NCBI GenBank assembly: GCA_001179505.1
Contig: CDMY01000518.1
Coordinates: 1 to 60,370 of the forward strand
Origin: Vitrella brassicaformis CCMP3155
Lineage: Eukaryota > Protista > Chromerida
DNA length: 60,370 nucleotides
Direction of reading: 5' to 3'
Below, in pieces: positions 37,208-50,451 of this stretch. Positions within the stretch are counted from its first letter, which is position 1, and every line of letters starts with the position of its first letter. The position numbers were made by a program, and so were the translations under genes. The notes beneath the pieces were generated by a model. It was not told the DNA's origin, did not search any database, and worked only from the letters and a program-made list of their open reading frames with translations.

Positions 37208-39157
37208 CTAGTAGGACGCACGTCCCTCCCCCAACGTCCCACTGCCTGCCTCCTTGCGCAGCACAGCCAGCACACCCTGCTGTTGATGATGCTGCTGCTG
37301 CTGCTGATGCTGATGCTGCATGCCCGTCTCACACACAGTCTTGAGCACCGACCCAGCAGCACTGGCGCTAAGAACCGATCCCTCCAACGTGGAGGTGCTC
37401 ATGATCCGCGACTGCTCCTGGAACACAACACACACAACACACCACACCACATGAGTCCATGAATGACACCCAGGGCGTGGCGTGCGATGAGGGAGGAGGG
37501 ACTCACCACCTGTGCAGCTGGAGGCAGCACAAGCACCGCACTCTCCTTAGTCGCCCCTGCCGGCCGGTTTCCTCGCTGGCGAGCAGACGACACGGGCACG
37601 TTGGTGCTGGTGCGATGGCTGATGGACGTCACCTTGCTGCCGGAGAGAGGCAGCCGCGACACAGGTTTGGCGAAGGGCGGCCGGTGCTGGTGCGGGTCCG
37701 AGAGGGACGTCAGGGCCTGCGGGGGCGTGGGGGATGTAGGAGTGGTCCGAGTGTTGCTGCAAAATGATAGATAATGGAACAGGACAGGCGGCGTACCAGC
37801 CAGTTGTGACGCTGGTGTTGTGTTGTGTGGTGGGTGTCTTACTGCAGCATGAGAGGCTGTGGTGTGCCAGGTGGGTGTGAGGGTGGCCCCCCAGCGGTAG
37901 ATCCCTCGCTGGTCCGCATCGAATACTTATCGAGCATCATCATCTCGCGAGTGTGCTGCAGAGAGTAAGACAGAGAGGTGTCGGTCGATGTCCGTCCAAG
38001 TGGCTTTTGGGTACCTGCTTACCTGCGCCTCCAGCTGAGAGAGCACATTCTGATACCGCTGCAATAACAACGAACATCTGGTTGTGGGTCACCGGTGGCA
38101 TGCAGCGCGTGACGTGAATCCTTCTGTCGGGCTTCACATCACCTGTGTGCAGCGCCCCAGTTCGGCTTTGCGTGCCTGTTTCTGTTCCTCCCGGCCGCTG
38201 GCGACCCTCTTGAGGAGTCCGCTCATCTCCAGCTCCTGCTTCTTAAGGAACTGCTCCTCCAAAAACGCTATACGACTGTGTGGGGGTAAGAAGCACAAAC
38301 ACTGTGTGTCCTCACTGTTCTTGTGGTGGGTGGATCCATTGCTGGGCAGCCTACCTTTCTCGTTCGGTCCTCCACTTCTGTATTTCTTTCTGCTGCAGCC
38401 GGTCAGCCTGCGCCTTGACCTTCTCGGCCTCGGCGTAGCTCTTCTGCTTAGCCAGCGTCTGCACACAGCACATGACATCACATATAAAAACACAGACAGA
38501 CCGATGGATGAACGCCCTCCTCTGCTGCCCTCACCTGTTCGACTTTCCTGAGGTTGAGGAGATCCTTGCTCCATCGGGGATTCCGCAAACCCGCAGCCCC
38601 CTTGCCCGAACTGACAGACACATTGCCGCCGTCGGTGCTGAGCTTCTCGAGCATCTCGGTGTGTGCCGCGCGGTGTCTGGCCGCCAGCTGACTCTGCAGA
38701 TGGGTCGCGTGCGCCTCGAACTCTTGCACCTTCTGGTCCTGATACACACCGACCGACGAGAAAACGGACGCCGTCAGCGAATAGATGAGTTGCGTGTGCA
38801 TATGGCGTACCCACAGCTCGTGGAACTCCTGCAGCTCCTTCATATGCGCCTCCTCGAGACCCAACCTGTAGCATTCACCCGCTCTCTGTCCGCCATTCTG
38901 GCTGCATGGTTGGCTTACTTCTCAGCGAGATGCTTCGACTTGAGTTCCCGTTTCCTCCGACTCATCTCCATGGCCTTGAGCTGATCCATCCGCTGCTGAG
39001 CCAATTCGGCATCGCCGTACTTGCCGGCCTTCTCGCACTCGAGGCGATGATGCTCCAGCACCGACAGGAACTCCTCGATGGCGCCTGGAGGACGAGAAGG
39101 CATCGGAGGGCTGTTGGAAGCTGCGGCGGTGGGCAGCTGTGAGGCCACGAGAGCCAT
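37208..39157 (-). CDS. Conserved coiled-coil hypothetical protein (type seen in flagellated protists)
   Basis: LEHHRLECEKAGKYGDAELAQQRMDQLK, EEAHMKELQEFHELWDQKVQEF, PRWSKDLLNLRKVEQTLAKQKSYAEA and RLLQRYQNV are joined by in-phase GT-AG introns. The tail is Ser/Gln-rich. The family resemblance is from memory. Confidence 0.75.
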
Positions 39158-39471
39158 GTGGATGGATGACGACTATCAATCAGGCTATTGGCAACTATCG
39201 GCGATTGGTATGGCAGCTGAGAGAGCTTTGTTGCTGTCGGGAGTTTCGAAGCTGAGACGGCAACCCTAGGGTTTCCATGCATGCGCCCCCACTCAGTTTC
39301 CGGCCATTTTCCCCTGCACGGCCGAGAAGGAACGCACACAACGCACAAGCAGTGGACCATGAGATCTGCATCGCCGACAACATCATGCTGTCTTGCGGCC
39401 AACATACAAGCGGGCAGAGCACTACAACAAATACACATGTCGAAGCAGGCAGGGACGGGCCCGGGGCCTTA

Positions 39472-42400
39472 TCATTTCTTCTTTTTCTTCTTGTCATCCT
39501 TCTTGCCCTTATCCTGCCGGCCAATCAACGATAAGCACAGGCCAAGCAGATAACAGATCGTATGTGAGACACGAAGAGAACGGGACAGTCAGCCTGCTGT
39601 ATGTGTGCGTACGTCTCCCCCGGCATCTCCGGCTCTCTTCTTGTCCTGCACATCCTTCTCTCCAGTCGCGGAGTGGTCAAAATCCTGAGGAGACACACAT
39701 GGTATGCATGTCTGTGTTGGATGACCTCTCCTTCTCTCTTTCTGACCCTGAGTTGTTTCCACTCTTCCGGCCAGCAGTAGGATGTGCGGCTGAGCGGACC
39801 CACGAACTCAGACAGCTCCAGCGGGCGCCTGGTTATCTGCAGAGCACGCACGAAGGAATGATGTGTATGGTATGTACACGACGCGAAGATGTCTTACTTA
39901 CCGACTGAATCCTCCTGTCCGTCAGCACATGGTCCACTGCCTGCTTGATCTGAACGGAACACACACATACGAAACATAGGAAAGACAGACAGGGAGGGCT
40001 GAGCGCCGTTGTCCCCCCATGGGCCTTCTTGGGCGCTCACCGATCCAGCGGGATAGCCTTCGGAAACGTGTGCGAGGTTGGATAGGGGAAAGTTGAGGGG
40101 CTCGATGGATACCCCCCGATCCTTCATGAATTGCTGTTGCCGAGACACAGAGACAGAGTGCCTGGCACAGCATCTGGTGCGCTGGTTTATTCACCTACCT
40201 TCCAGAGGAAGACTCGTGAAGGGTAGTCAGGGAAGGTCAGCCACACCTTCTCCTCGAAGAAACTCAGCAGCTCCTTGGTGTCCACGTGGTCGGCATACGG
40301 CTGAGTCGTGCAGCCGATGAAGAGAATGCGATCTTGCGAGGTGTTGTCGGGGCCGGCCTTCTTAATCTGCCCAGACACCGGCATTTGGCGAAAGTATAGA
40401 TGCTGCAGTGCTTGCTGACCTGTTTGAGGTGGTTAACCAACTCTTTTTTGATCCGATTTGGCGCGTTGTCTCCGCCCTCTTCGCCCTTTTTCTTCTTCTT
40501 GGATGCGGCGAATATCTGGTCCACCTGGTCCATGTAGATGACCGCGGGGGCGCACTCCTGCGCCACGAGGAAGGTCTTGTGGACCAGGAGGGCCGCACCT
40601 GTCTTGGGTTGCGTGTAGAGGCCCTCGATGACTTGGGGGGAGAGGTCGAAGAACAAAGCACCCACCTCTGACACATATTCCAACAGTATGAGCCTGCTGT
40701 TTCCATTCATCTGGTCTGCTCACCAGTGGCAATGGCTCTCGCCAGAAACGACTTGCCCGTGTTCTTCGACCCGTACAGCAACAGGGACCTGCACACAATA
40801 AGGCCCACTAGCACACACTCAGCGAGCATTCTTTCCTCCCCTCACCTGCAGGCAAAGGGCGCTCTCTGCCTGATGTAGTCGCTGCCAAGAGGCAGGATGA
40901 CGTTCTCGACGAGGAGCTGCTTGACCATCCCTGCGGATGGCGGCACCACGTACTCATAGATGTCCTTGGACGGCTGGGAGGGGTCGGGGGGCGGGGGAGG
41001 GGGAGCTGTGGGGGGACAGTAGCGCTGCGACGCGCCAAGGAAGGCGAACTCGCCGTAGAACTGGCTCAGGTGGACGGGTTTGATCTTCTTAAGAATGCCG
41101 TCCTTGACGAGGTCTGGGAACAGGTCCTCCTTGTTGCCGATGAGGCCCTGGGCAATGCACCACTTCTTCTCTTTCTTTCCCTTGCCGCCTTTTTTCTTGC
41201 CACCCTTCTTGCCTTTCTTCTTCCCACCTGAGACACACAGATATGGCCGGTAGGTCGGTACTGGCGCTGCATGTGTGGTCTTCCCTCCCGCCTCTCACCT
41301 TTTTTCTTCTTGTCTTTGGCCTTCTCATACATGTTGATGAGGTTCTCCAGCTCTTCCTTGATCAAGGCATCCACCTGCTGCCGGATCTCCTCCTCTACAG
41401 TTGGCCGCACAGTCGCCCTACATCCATACATACAAGTGGTCACATGCCCGCAGACTCAGCTGGGCCACACATATGACGATGTAGATAACTCACCTTGTGA
41501 GTGCTGGGTCGTGTCTCTGGTCGAAGTTGCGGCTTTCATCGCGTCCTTTCCATGTCGACATATACTCCTACGACACGAGACATGGCCAACGTCCTGTACA
41601 CCACTGCTATGCCCTCTTTGCAATGCCTACGTCGATACTCTCCTTGATCTTGATCACTGCACCGCTCGGGCCGACCTGCGCATAAAAGCCAACAAACATG
41701 TGTGAGCTGCCCTGCCCCATCCTTGCTCCATGTTCGTTCGTTCATCACCTGTTGTTCGACGGGCTCGATGTCCTCTTCTCCCTTTTTCTTTTTCTTATTG
41801 TCCTTCTTGGGCTCTTTCTTCTTCTCGTCTTTTTTCTTCTTGGGGTCCTCCTCCTCCTCCACGGGCGGCGGCTCGTCCTTGGTGTAGAAGAGCTCATACT
41901 CCTTGGGGAAAGTGCCAGCCTGCCGGCGGTACTCAAGGTACCACTTCCTGCGCTCGTCCTTGAGATCAGCCTGCAGACAAGACACACGTGGTTGGTGTCT
42001 GGTCGGTAGTGTGCAGTGGATTTGTACCATGATGTCGACTGCTTCTTTCTCCCGGATGTCAGCTGTGGATGTCTCGAGGGCCTTCTCGAACTCACGCAGG
42101 GCCTCCTCCTGCTGCTTTTTCCTGATGTGAATGGATGGACAGCGAGAGCCGTGTTTGTGAGTCAGGCATGTGATGGAAGTCTGCGTGAGCTGACCTTTTC
42201 TGTCTGTTCTGCTCTGCGAGTGATGGGTAGTCGACTGGGGGCCTTGGTGGGGCGGTCATCCCGAGGAACTGCAGCTCCTGGCGGCGCTTCTCAGCGATTC
42301 TCCTTCGGGCAACCAGGCCCTTCCAGTGGGCTGAGATAAGCGTCACGCCATGCATCTGCAGCTCCAGCAAGTCCTCTGTCTCGCTCTTCTCCTGACAACA

Positions 42401-43219
42401 CACGAAACACTCTCATGCACGTGTATTGCTAGGTGGCTGGCTGGCCGGGTGGCTGGCTGAGGGGCTCACTTGGCTCTGCTTTTGCCTGGCCTCTTTTTTG
42501 AGGGCATCCTTCCGCCACTCGGCCACCATCTTGGCCTTCACAATGCCCGACCGGCCCCTCTCATTCTTCTGTATCAGCCGAATGGCGTCCTCGACACTCA
42601 TGGTCTCTTGGAAGGGGTCTCGTGGGTCGAGCAAATCGTCCTCCACCACCGTATTCTTGAAGGTCCTCAGCCAATGCTCGAGCCTGCCAATCTTGATCTC
42701 CAACAGGTCGGCCACGCTCGGGTGGTCCACAAAGTAACGAGGCACTCGCGGGACGAGCGCACCGGACGGCAGCTTGAGGTCAGTGACCACCTCGTCGAGA
42801 GCGAGGTACCGAGACGTCGGCCTGGGGTTGAATGGCGGCGACAGCAGCTGGTGCTTCATCTCAATCAGGCGAACGAGAGTGCTCTCGAGCACCTTGAAGA
42901 CGCTCTCCCTCTTCTGCGGATGGACCAGCTGGTCGTACGCGGCCTCCAGACTGTTGTATATCTGCAGGTACTTGACATACACGACGGCCTGGTTATCAAA
43001 AGTGAGCTCGATAGGCTTGGGAGGGGGCGGCTTGGAGCCATCGAGAGGAAGCTCCTCGCCCTCCACGGGCAGGTACCTGCAACACAACCACACATGAGAA
43101 GCCGAATTCATGTGCATATCGTCTCTCCTTTAAGAAGCCGATGCTCACTCCAGCTGCAGCTGCGTGGTAAGGTCCTGGATGGCATTCGCCCACTTGGTGT
43201 TGAACGTCTGGTGTGACAT
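39472..43219 (-). CDS. IQCA1: IQ and AAA domain-containing protein (IQCA1/DRC11, nexin-dynein regulatory complex)
   Basis: MSHQTFNTKWANAIQDL start, YLQIYNSLEAAYDQLVHPQKR, an IQ-like ISAHWKGLVARR, Walker A GSKNTGKS, Walker B-like VIYMDQVD, VWLTFPDYPSR and a Lys-rich end KKKKK*. Confidence 0.88.
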
Positions 43220-43657
43220 GATGGATGATGCCAGAAACGCCTCACAGAGGTCAGCAACCAGCAAGCCAGCACAGGCAACTGGCCAAGCGGCCTGATGAAT
43301 ACCGTTGCAGAAGTCGTTTCAGTCTTTCGTCTCTTAGGGGGGGGCCGCCCCCAGGACCTCGCGCTTCCGGGAAAGGAGGGCGCGGAGTGCTCTGTGCGTT
43401 CCTCGGGAAGGCCAGATCTGAGGGTAAATCCATCTGTGTGACCCGGATCTCCGCTCAGTTCAGCTGCAGAAAGCGAACACCTTCTTCCTGGCCAAAACCA
43501 GATCGATCGAGCGTTTTCCCTGATTCTCTCGTCCTTCCTCGGGTTTGCAGCCGCCCAATTGGCTGCGGTTCTCATCCCATAAGGCTGAGTAAGGCCGTTC
43601 GTGCCGCGTTCCTTCCCTCTCGTCGCATCTGCCGTCCGTCCGTCGACGTCCATCCAC

Positions 43658-46427
43658 ATGCCAGTGCACCCTGCAGCGGGCAGCGGGCGTGAGGGAACTC
43701 TGTGCCGCACCAAGTGCTGCGGCGCCACCTACTCCGTGGAATCCATCACGAAGGCGCTCAAAGCGGGTGGAGGGCGGACGGCGTGCACGGGGTGTTGCAA
43801 GGTGGGCTGGATGGGTGGATGGGAGAAGAGACACATGGATGGATCTGTGTGTGGAATGCGTTTCTGTGCCATGGACGGATGGATGGATGGTGTCCGCTTC
43901 AGGCCACGATTCAGCTGACAGACCTCAAAACGGTCAAGAAGATCAAGCCGTTCTCCCTGTTCCGCCAGCAGGCTGCTCGTAACAGCCTCCTCATGGTCCC
44001 TCCCATCGCCCCGGCCCCCCTCAACCCATTCCGCAAGACACAGCTCAAGTACTCGCTCAGTGTCGGCACCACCGCCACCACCAACAACAACCGTCCCATC
44101 GCCATCCTGCCGCCGCCCAAGACCAAGCGTGCTGCCATTCCCCCACCTCCACCGCCCTTCGGTGGCAAGAACAGCGTTGGCGGTGGCGTCGGCGTGTCGG
44201 TGCAGACGAACGGGTCGCGTGTGGTGCGCGGTGGGTCGCGGGGGCCCATCCGTGTGAGTGGGGGCAGGGGCAAGGGGATGGGAGTGGGAGTGGGCATGTC
44301 TAAGTATGTTGGTGTTGGAGTCGCTGGGGCCGCCCCGGTGTGCAAGATGCCCATGGTGCAGGGCCTGTCTGCCGGCCAGGTACAGTACGCCACACACAAC
44401 ACACAAAACACAGCACACAGCACACACAGCACACGGACCGGATCCTTTCAGGTTGCGTTATCCATCTGTTGTGCTGTGCTGTGTTGTGTGCTGTTTGTCA
44501 GGTGTGTGTTGGTGGTTCTGCTGGTGCCGGTTCGAGTGTGAGTGTGGGCCCGTCGTCCAAGCTGCCCGTGTCGGTGTCGGTGCTCCGTGCCGTGATGCCG
44601 CAGCTGCCCATCTTCCAGGAGACCGACATCACCCCCAAGAGCACCGACACACCCAACGGCAGCGGCAGCCCCAAGGACCCCGCCGCACCTTCCATCCCCA
44701 AACACAAGACCAACACACAGCAGACACACACCGGCAACGGCGAGACCGCTGGGCCCGTCCACTCTTCATCCAACAGCAAGCAGAAGCTGCCGGGTCAGAT
44801 GATCTCCCCGTGTGTGGCGCCGGTCGCGACAGTGCACCTGATGGGCGGCGGGGGCGGGGGGAGTAAGTGGGTCAAGAAGCGGCGGTCCCACAGCAAGCAG
44901 GGTAAGAGGGGCGGTGCTGCTGGCGGCTCGGGGCAGGCGGCTCATCAGGCCACCGACCTGGCCAGCACCACGGGGGGCGGTGATAAGGATAAGGAGCGGG
45001 CGGGGGTGGTGACTAAGGGTCCCGTGTCGACGTCGGTGTGGCGGCAGAAGAAGTCCCAGCCCCCGGCCACCGTGTCGGCCGTGACGCAGACCTCCCCACA
45101 GCAGGAGAACAAGACGCCCGAGACCACGCCCCAGGAGCAGCAGCAGCAGCAGCAGCCGAAGGGCAACAAGAAGACGGCCGAGAAGAAGAAGAAGCCGGTC
45201 GACACGACCAAGACGGCCAAGGGGGGCACACACACGGGGGAGGGTAAGAAGGGGGGCAAGAGGCTCAGTGCGGGCTCGTCCGTCAGTGGAAAGTCCAAGC
45301 GGCCGAGTGGTGGGTCGACTGCGACTGCCAGTGGTGCGTCGGGTGTGCTGAGTGGTGCGGGGGCTGGGGGTGCTGGGGGCAGTAAGGAGGGGGCACTGCT
45401 GCAGTGGAGTTCCATGTCTGCCGAGGACAAGAAGGTGATGGAACTCAACCTCAAGGGCGGTTGCATCTCCAAGTGAGGGGGGGACACGGACGGACATAGA
45501 GAGGTCAATGACACACTTGTGTACCATGCACAGCACATGTGTGGTTGGTGTGTGTCTTGTCCTCCTTTGGATGCGATGCCTGTAGGTATGACAAGTGGGA
45601 GCAGCACTTCCAGGTCCGCACACACACACCGACACACACAGGGAGAGGGAGGGAGGGAGGGAGAGAGGGGGTTGCATCCTTCCCAGGCGCACAATGATGG
45701 TTCCATGTGTGTGTGCATCGTGCAGGTGTTGTATGCGTTGAAGAAGGCGTTCAAGACCACCCGCACCAACCGCTCATGCCCCTGGTCCGAGGTCTCCGCA
45801 TCACTCGAGCACTACCTGGCCGCCGTACTCGCACGTATGTAATAAGCACCTCACACCTCACCACCACACAGAGACCCACACACACACATCCATGACATGA
45901 GAGGGTATGTGTATGTGTCCCCAGAGCGCTCGTACGAGGCTAGTTTGAAGCTGACGGTCAAACCCCTCACCCGCACGGCCGCCGTGGCCCCCATCCCGCC
46001 CTCCCTGCAGCAGCACGGCCGCCAGCCGCTCTTCACGTGCGACCTCTACATCACATTCCCCAAACCGTTCAATCGCAGTATTAGTACCAAGGTGCGTGGG
46101 CGGAGGAATGGATGGACCGCCAGCACAGACATGGGTGTATTCCCGTGTGTGTGTGTGTGTGTGCAGGTGTCGAGTTTTCCTCTGAAGGTGTGTGTGGCGA
46201 GCACAGTGGGCCCCAAGGAGGAGGCCAAGGGCTACGCCATCACGGCAGCACTCCAGCACCTCAAGGTAGGTCAACCACTCTCTTCTCTCCTCTCCAGTCC
46301 CATACCTCTCACCACATGGGCCTTTGCATTACGTCTGCGTGTGCAGATTGCCATTCCGGAGGGAGTGCAGAAGCACCTGGCTGCCTTCGGCAGCAAGACC
46401 GCATCCGACACCAGTGAGACTGAGTGA
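43658..46427 (+). CDS. Hypothetical protein: Cys-rich N-terminus, long low-complexity Gly/Lys/Ser/Thr region, possible dsRBD-like C-terminus
   Basis: CRTKCCGATYSVESI...CTGCCK, a long open exon 44511-45476, and terminal exons ending KEEAKGYAITAALQHLK. Domain calls are weak. Confidence 0.55.
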
Positions 46428-47399
46428 GTGAGTGAGGAGGGCCAGTGTGTGGGATCTGAGGGAGAGGTGGGGAGAAGGGGAGAGAGAGACACACAGACAG
46501 ATTGATAGAGGGAGGGGAGAGGAGGTTTTACCGTCATCACACAAATTCAGGGACGTAGGACGGTGCAGGGAGGGAGGGAGGGAGCAGAAATGCCTAATGC
46601 ATGTCATATCTCTCTGTGCGTGTGTGGTTGATGCTTCATGTCTTGATTGCATCCATCCATCCATCCATGTGTGCGTGTATGCGTGTGTGATTGATTGTAC
46701 AGCCCCCCACGTAGTTGAGCCAGCCAGACCAGCCAGCAGCAACATGTCCACACACATATGCAGACACACCTCGTCACAAAAAAGAGAGAGGTACAAGAGA
46801 CAGAGCAACCCCCCCACCAGCACACAGAGTCTCACCCAACGCACCCGACATCACATACACAACACAGACAGGAGGAGGACAGAAGAGAGGGGGAGGCATC
46901 TGTGGTCTGTCTGTCTGGCTGCGTGTGCGGCAGTGTGCCTTTCTGCTCGCCATCCCACCATTGGTTGTACCGACACACGCCTTGCACACAGCCAGGCGGC
47001 ACAGCACACAGATGCCTGTCCTCTCCTTGAGTCCCTGGTGCTGGTGCTGGTTGGCCGACACTCGTGCCGGGTGTGCGTGATGCATGCTATCGTATAGTGC
47101 ATGGCATGATGACCCATGGCCGGCCATGGACGGACAGATGTTTGCATATCGTGTTGAATGTTTAACTTAGCATCATATCAATGTATCTCAGAATCCACAA
47201 GCGAATGACTCCTCCCGCACACGAGTCATATCCACCGGTTGTTTTGATGCAGCGTCCCGCATGCAATGCACATCGGTTGAATCGACTATACACAAGTCAT
47301 TTGAATGAACAACCCCCACAAAGAGAGAGAAAACCGACCGTAGACCCCACCATAGCTATCATCTGCACATCTGTGTCAGAGTCTCGGTCGCTCGGCAAG

Positions 47400-49348
47400 T
47401 CAGGCAGAGTCAGAGAATGGTTTGTTGCACGTGGGGCACTTTGGTATCACACGAGGCGGTTCGGCCGTCACGTCATCGGCCTCGCCCCGCCCGACGGCCA
47501 GCGCATGCTCATAGCAGTCCTGACAGTAACAGATGTGCCCTGACAAACACATCCACACATCCACACATTCATCCAAACACAGATAGACTGGTCGCTGTGT
47601 GTGATCCCTCCCCTTCGTCTCACCCACCGCATGGGAGCTTGACGGATCGCTTCTTGTCGCCGCAGGCCATGCATGCCTCCTCCATCTTCTTCTCCTCCTC
47701 CGCACGCTCCACCCGCGCCGCCTCAGCTTCCTGCCCCAGCTTGCCCAGCCGCTCTATCTCACTCGTGATCTTGGCCACCAGAGTTCCCAGCTCGGCCGCG
47801 CTGCCCTGGTTGAGGCGGTCGCCGGTCAGCCGATGCCGCTCGAGCCTGGCATTCTGGCTGCCCAGCCGCTGGTTCTCTGCCTCCAGTGATTGGATGCGGT
47901 TCTCGTTGGCTTGCATGGCCTGGGCGCGCTCCTGAGTCTCGGTGATGAGCTCTTGCAGGGATAACCCCAGGCCCTGCACCACAGCCCGCAGGTTGCGCAG
48001 CGAGTCGTCCTTGGTCTGGATGGCGGCCCCCATGTTCCTGATAGATAGATACATCCATCGGCATCTATGACTGACTGACTGACTGACTGACTGCCCGCCC
48101 GCCGATGTCTTTGTGTGTGGAGAGGTGTGTACCGGACGTTCTCCTCCAGCAGGACGATGCGCTGCTGGCTCTCCTCGACGTTCTCCTCTAGCAGGACGAT
48201 GCGCTGCTGGCTCTCCTCGACGCCGCGGCTGGCCTGAACGGAACAGATCCGCGATGACCCATGCAGTCTTTCCTCCCTCCCTCGCCTCCTCTCCCTCGGT
48301 TGGCGCTACTTACCGATTCGAGTGCAGCGGCGGCCTTGAGGTAGCGGAGCTCGCACAAACTGGTCGACTCGATGAGGCTTTGCTGTGCCTTCCGCACAGA
48401 TGTCACGCTGTGCACGTCCATCCAGTCGATGATGTCTACGGTGCTCAACTGCAGGCCGCTCAGGCGCTCCTTGAGCTGCGAAAACGAAAACTGACACGCT
48501 AGCAGACAGGGAAAGGACAATACATGGATGGACGTATTGGTGTGACTGCAAGTGCGGACGAACCATGGTTTGCCGTGTTCCGGGATGCGATGTCGAACAG
48601 GCCGATGAGGGGCTCGCATCTGTTGTCCGTGTACTCGAATGACGTTATCTGCATGATCTGCAAACACGGAACCAAGACCCACACACAGCAAGCGGAGATG
48701 GATGGATGGTCAGTCACATAGATCTATCTGCTTCGATCTCTCGCCATGCGCACGCATAACACACACCATCTTGAGTCCGTCGTCGTATGCTTTCGCCAGC
48801 CGCTCCCCGTTGTCAACACTACGACTTGACGCCAGCTCCTGCAGGACGCGACACACACATGCCGCCTAGCTATCAGTCGGTCTGTCCTCCTCTCCCCACC
48901 TCGGCAGGTTCCATCGTGATGCGGTCACCGACACTGCTGGGAAGAGCACCCTGAGCATGGCCACGTCGACGAAGGCAAGCAGCGTAGAGCCGTTCTTGAT
49001 CTGGTAGTGCTGGAGTGTCTTGGTGTGATCCAGCTGACCGATGGCACTCACCCAAAGGAGACAGACGGTCAGCTTCTCATTGCTCTGACATACACATGCG
49101 ACGTACCCTTCGGCCGTGATGCTTCAAGTACAGTGGAACAGATGCCGTTCCCCCGCTGCAGAAGTACTTGCGCAGCACGTGACTGACCTGCACACAACAC
49201 GCACACACGCACGCACGAACGAAAGAGCGAAAGAACCAAGGAATGGCGAAAGGGAAACAAGAGCGTGCTTCACCGTGGCGTCGTCGTCTATGTGAATCTC
49301 GATGGCGCGAGGGCCGGACAGATCAGCACACAAGACGAAGAGGCGCAT
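47400..49348 (-). CDS. Ubiquitin-like + coiled-coil + C-terminal RING (C3HC4) protein, putative E3 ligase
   Basis: The N-terminus MRLFVLCADLSGPRAIEIHIDDDATV...LDHTKTLQHYQIKNGSTLL is Ubl-like. A long heptad region follows, then CMACGDKKRSVKLPCGGHICYCQDC...KCPTC. Upstream splice donors near 49455 and 49779 suggest extra 5' exons. Confidence 0.72.
48135..48218. repeat. 42-bp coding tandem duplication (2 x VEESQQRIVLLEEN)
   Basis: Units 48135-48176 and 48177-48218 differ by one base. Each unit encodes exactly two heptads of the coiled coil. Confidence 0.9.
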
Positions 49349-50451
49349 GATGCCAGCCAATAGGCAGCAGATCCGGCAACTGGCAATGCACAGCATACAG
49401 CCACGACCCTTCATCCATCCATCCAAAAATCTTCAACTTCCAAAGGAATCACTCACCTGAACGAGGGAATGCCTGCAGCCTGCAGCCTGCAGCGGCCTTC
49501 AGCAGCCACGGCCTGTTCACGACCCCCCCAAAAGCACCCAGCTGGGGGGAGTGCTCTAGGCTACTTTTTTTCCGCCCGTTCGTTCGTCGGATCGGTTCTT
49601 CCGGGGTTGCCAATCGACCGAGCAAAAAATCAGCCAAACGCACATGGAAAAGACGCCAGGAAAGCGCATGCAGCCCCCCCACCCCCCAGTGTGAAGGCCC
49701 CTCACGCACAACGGCGAACAGAGCTCGGGTGGTTGCTCGGGTGAGAAACACACAGCATGGCGATAGAAAGCAGACTTACCTCGTCATTCTTCTCATGGAT
49801 GTGTGCCAGATCAATAGCCAGAGACGTTGGAGGTGAGAGGACAGTCAGCCTCCTGAGTAGCCAGAGCAGCGTGAGGTGAGAGGATGATCACCCAGTTATT
49901 GCCTGTGATACCATCGATTGTCAACAGGCCAAGACACCGAAGCATCTGGACATGCACATCGTATCAAATCACACGCAAAAAGGTGAGAACAGTTCTGGCG
50001 ATCAATAGACAGACACATACGGCACAGGCACGAATGCAGACAGAGCATGAGCATTGTAACACGACAGAACGACAAGCAGGACCGCTAACAGTAAACCGAT
50101 ACGTATACACATGCACTGTACACAGATACATAAAAGGAAGGACACTGAGGCCTACTAAAACGGGCAGACCTCTGAGTCGAACACAGCGAGGACTTGATGG
50201 GCGGGCAGTCTCTCTATCAGGGCCTCGACATGGGATCGTGACAGCTTCCTCGGCCCAAAGGAGTCTTCATGTATGTGGACACACCTCCCCATTCTCCTTC
50301 AACAGCGCTGTCACCTGTGGGGGTCGTGCATCGCGCTCAGCTCGCTGGGCGCCTTACTTGTAGGGGACGAGCACTTTCACGCAATGGGAGCAGCGGTTTC
50401 ATGGAGCACCCTAGGCGGCCTGAACCTGGCATCAATTTGGTCCCTCCAAAA

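Noticed and set aside
48188-48190. TAG ending the 48188-48691 ORF as premature stop or readthrough in the Ubl-RING gene
   Set aside because: After splicing, the coding frame is different (GTC CTG CTA GAG), so the TAG is out of frame.
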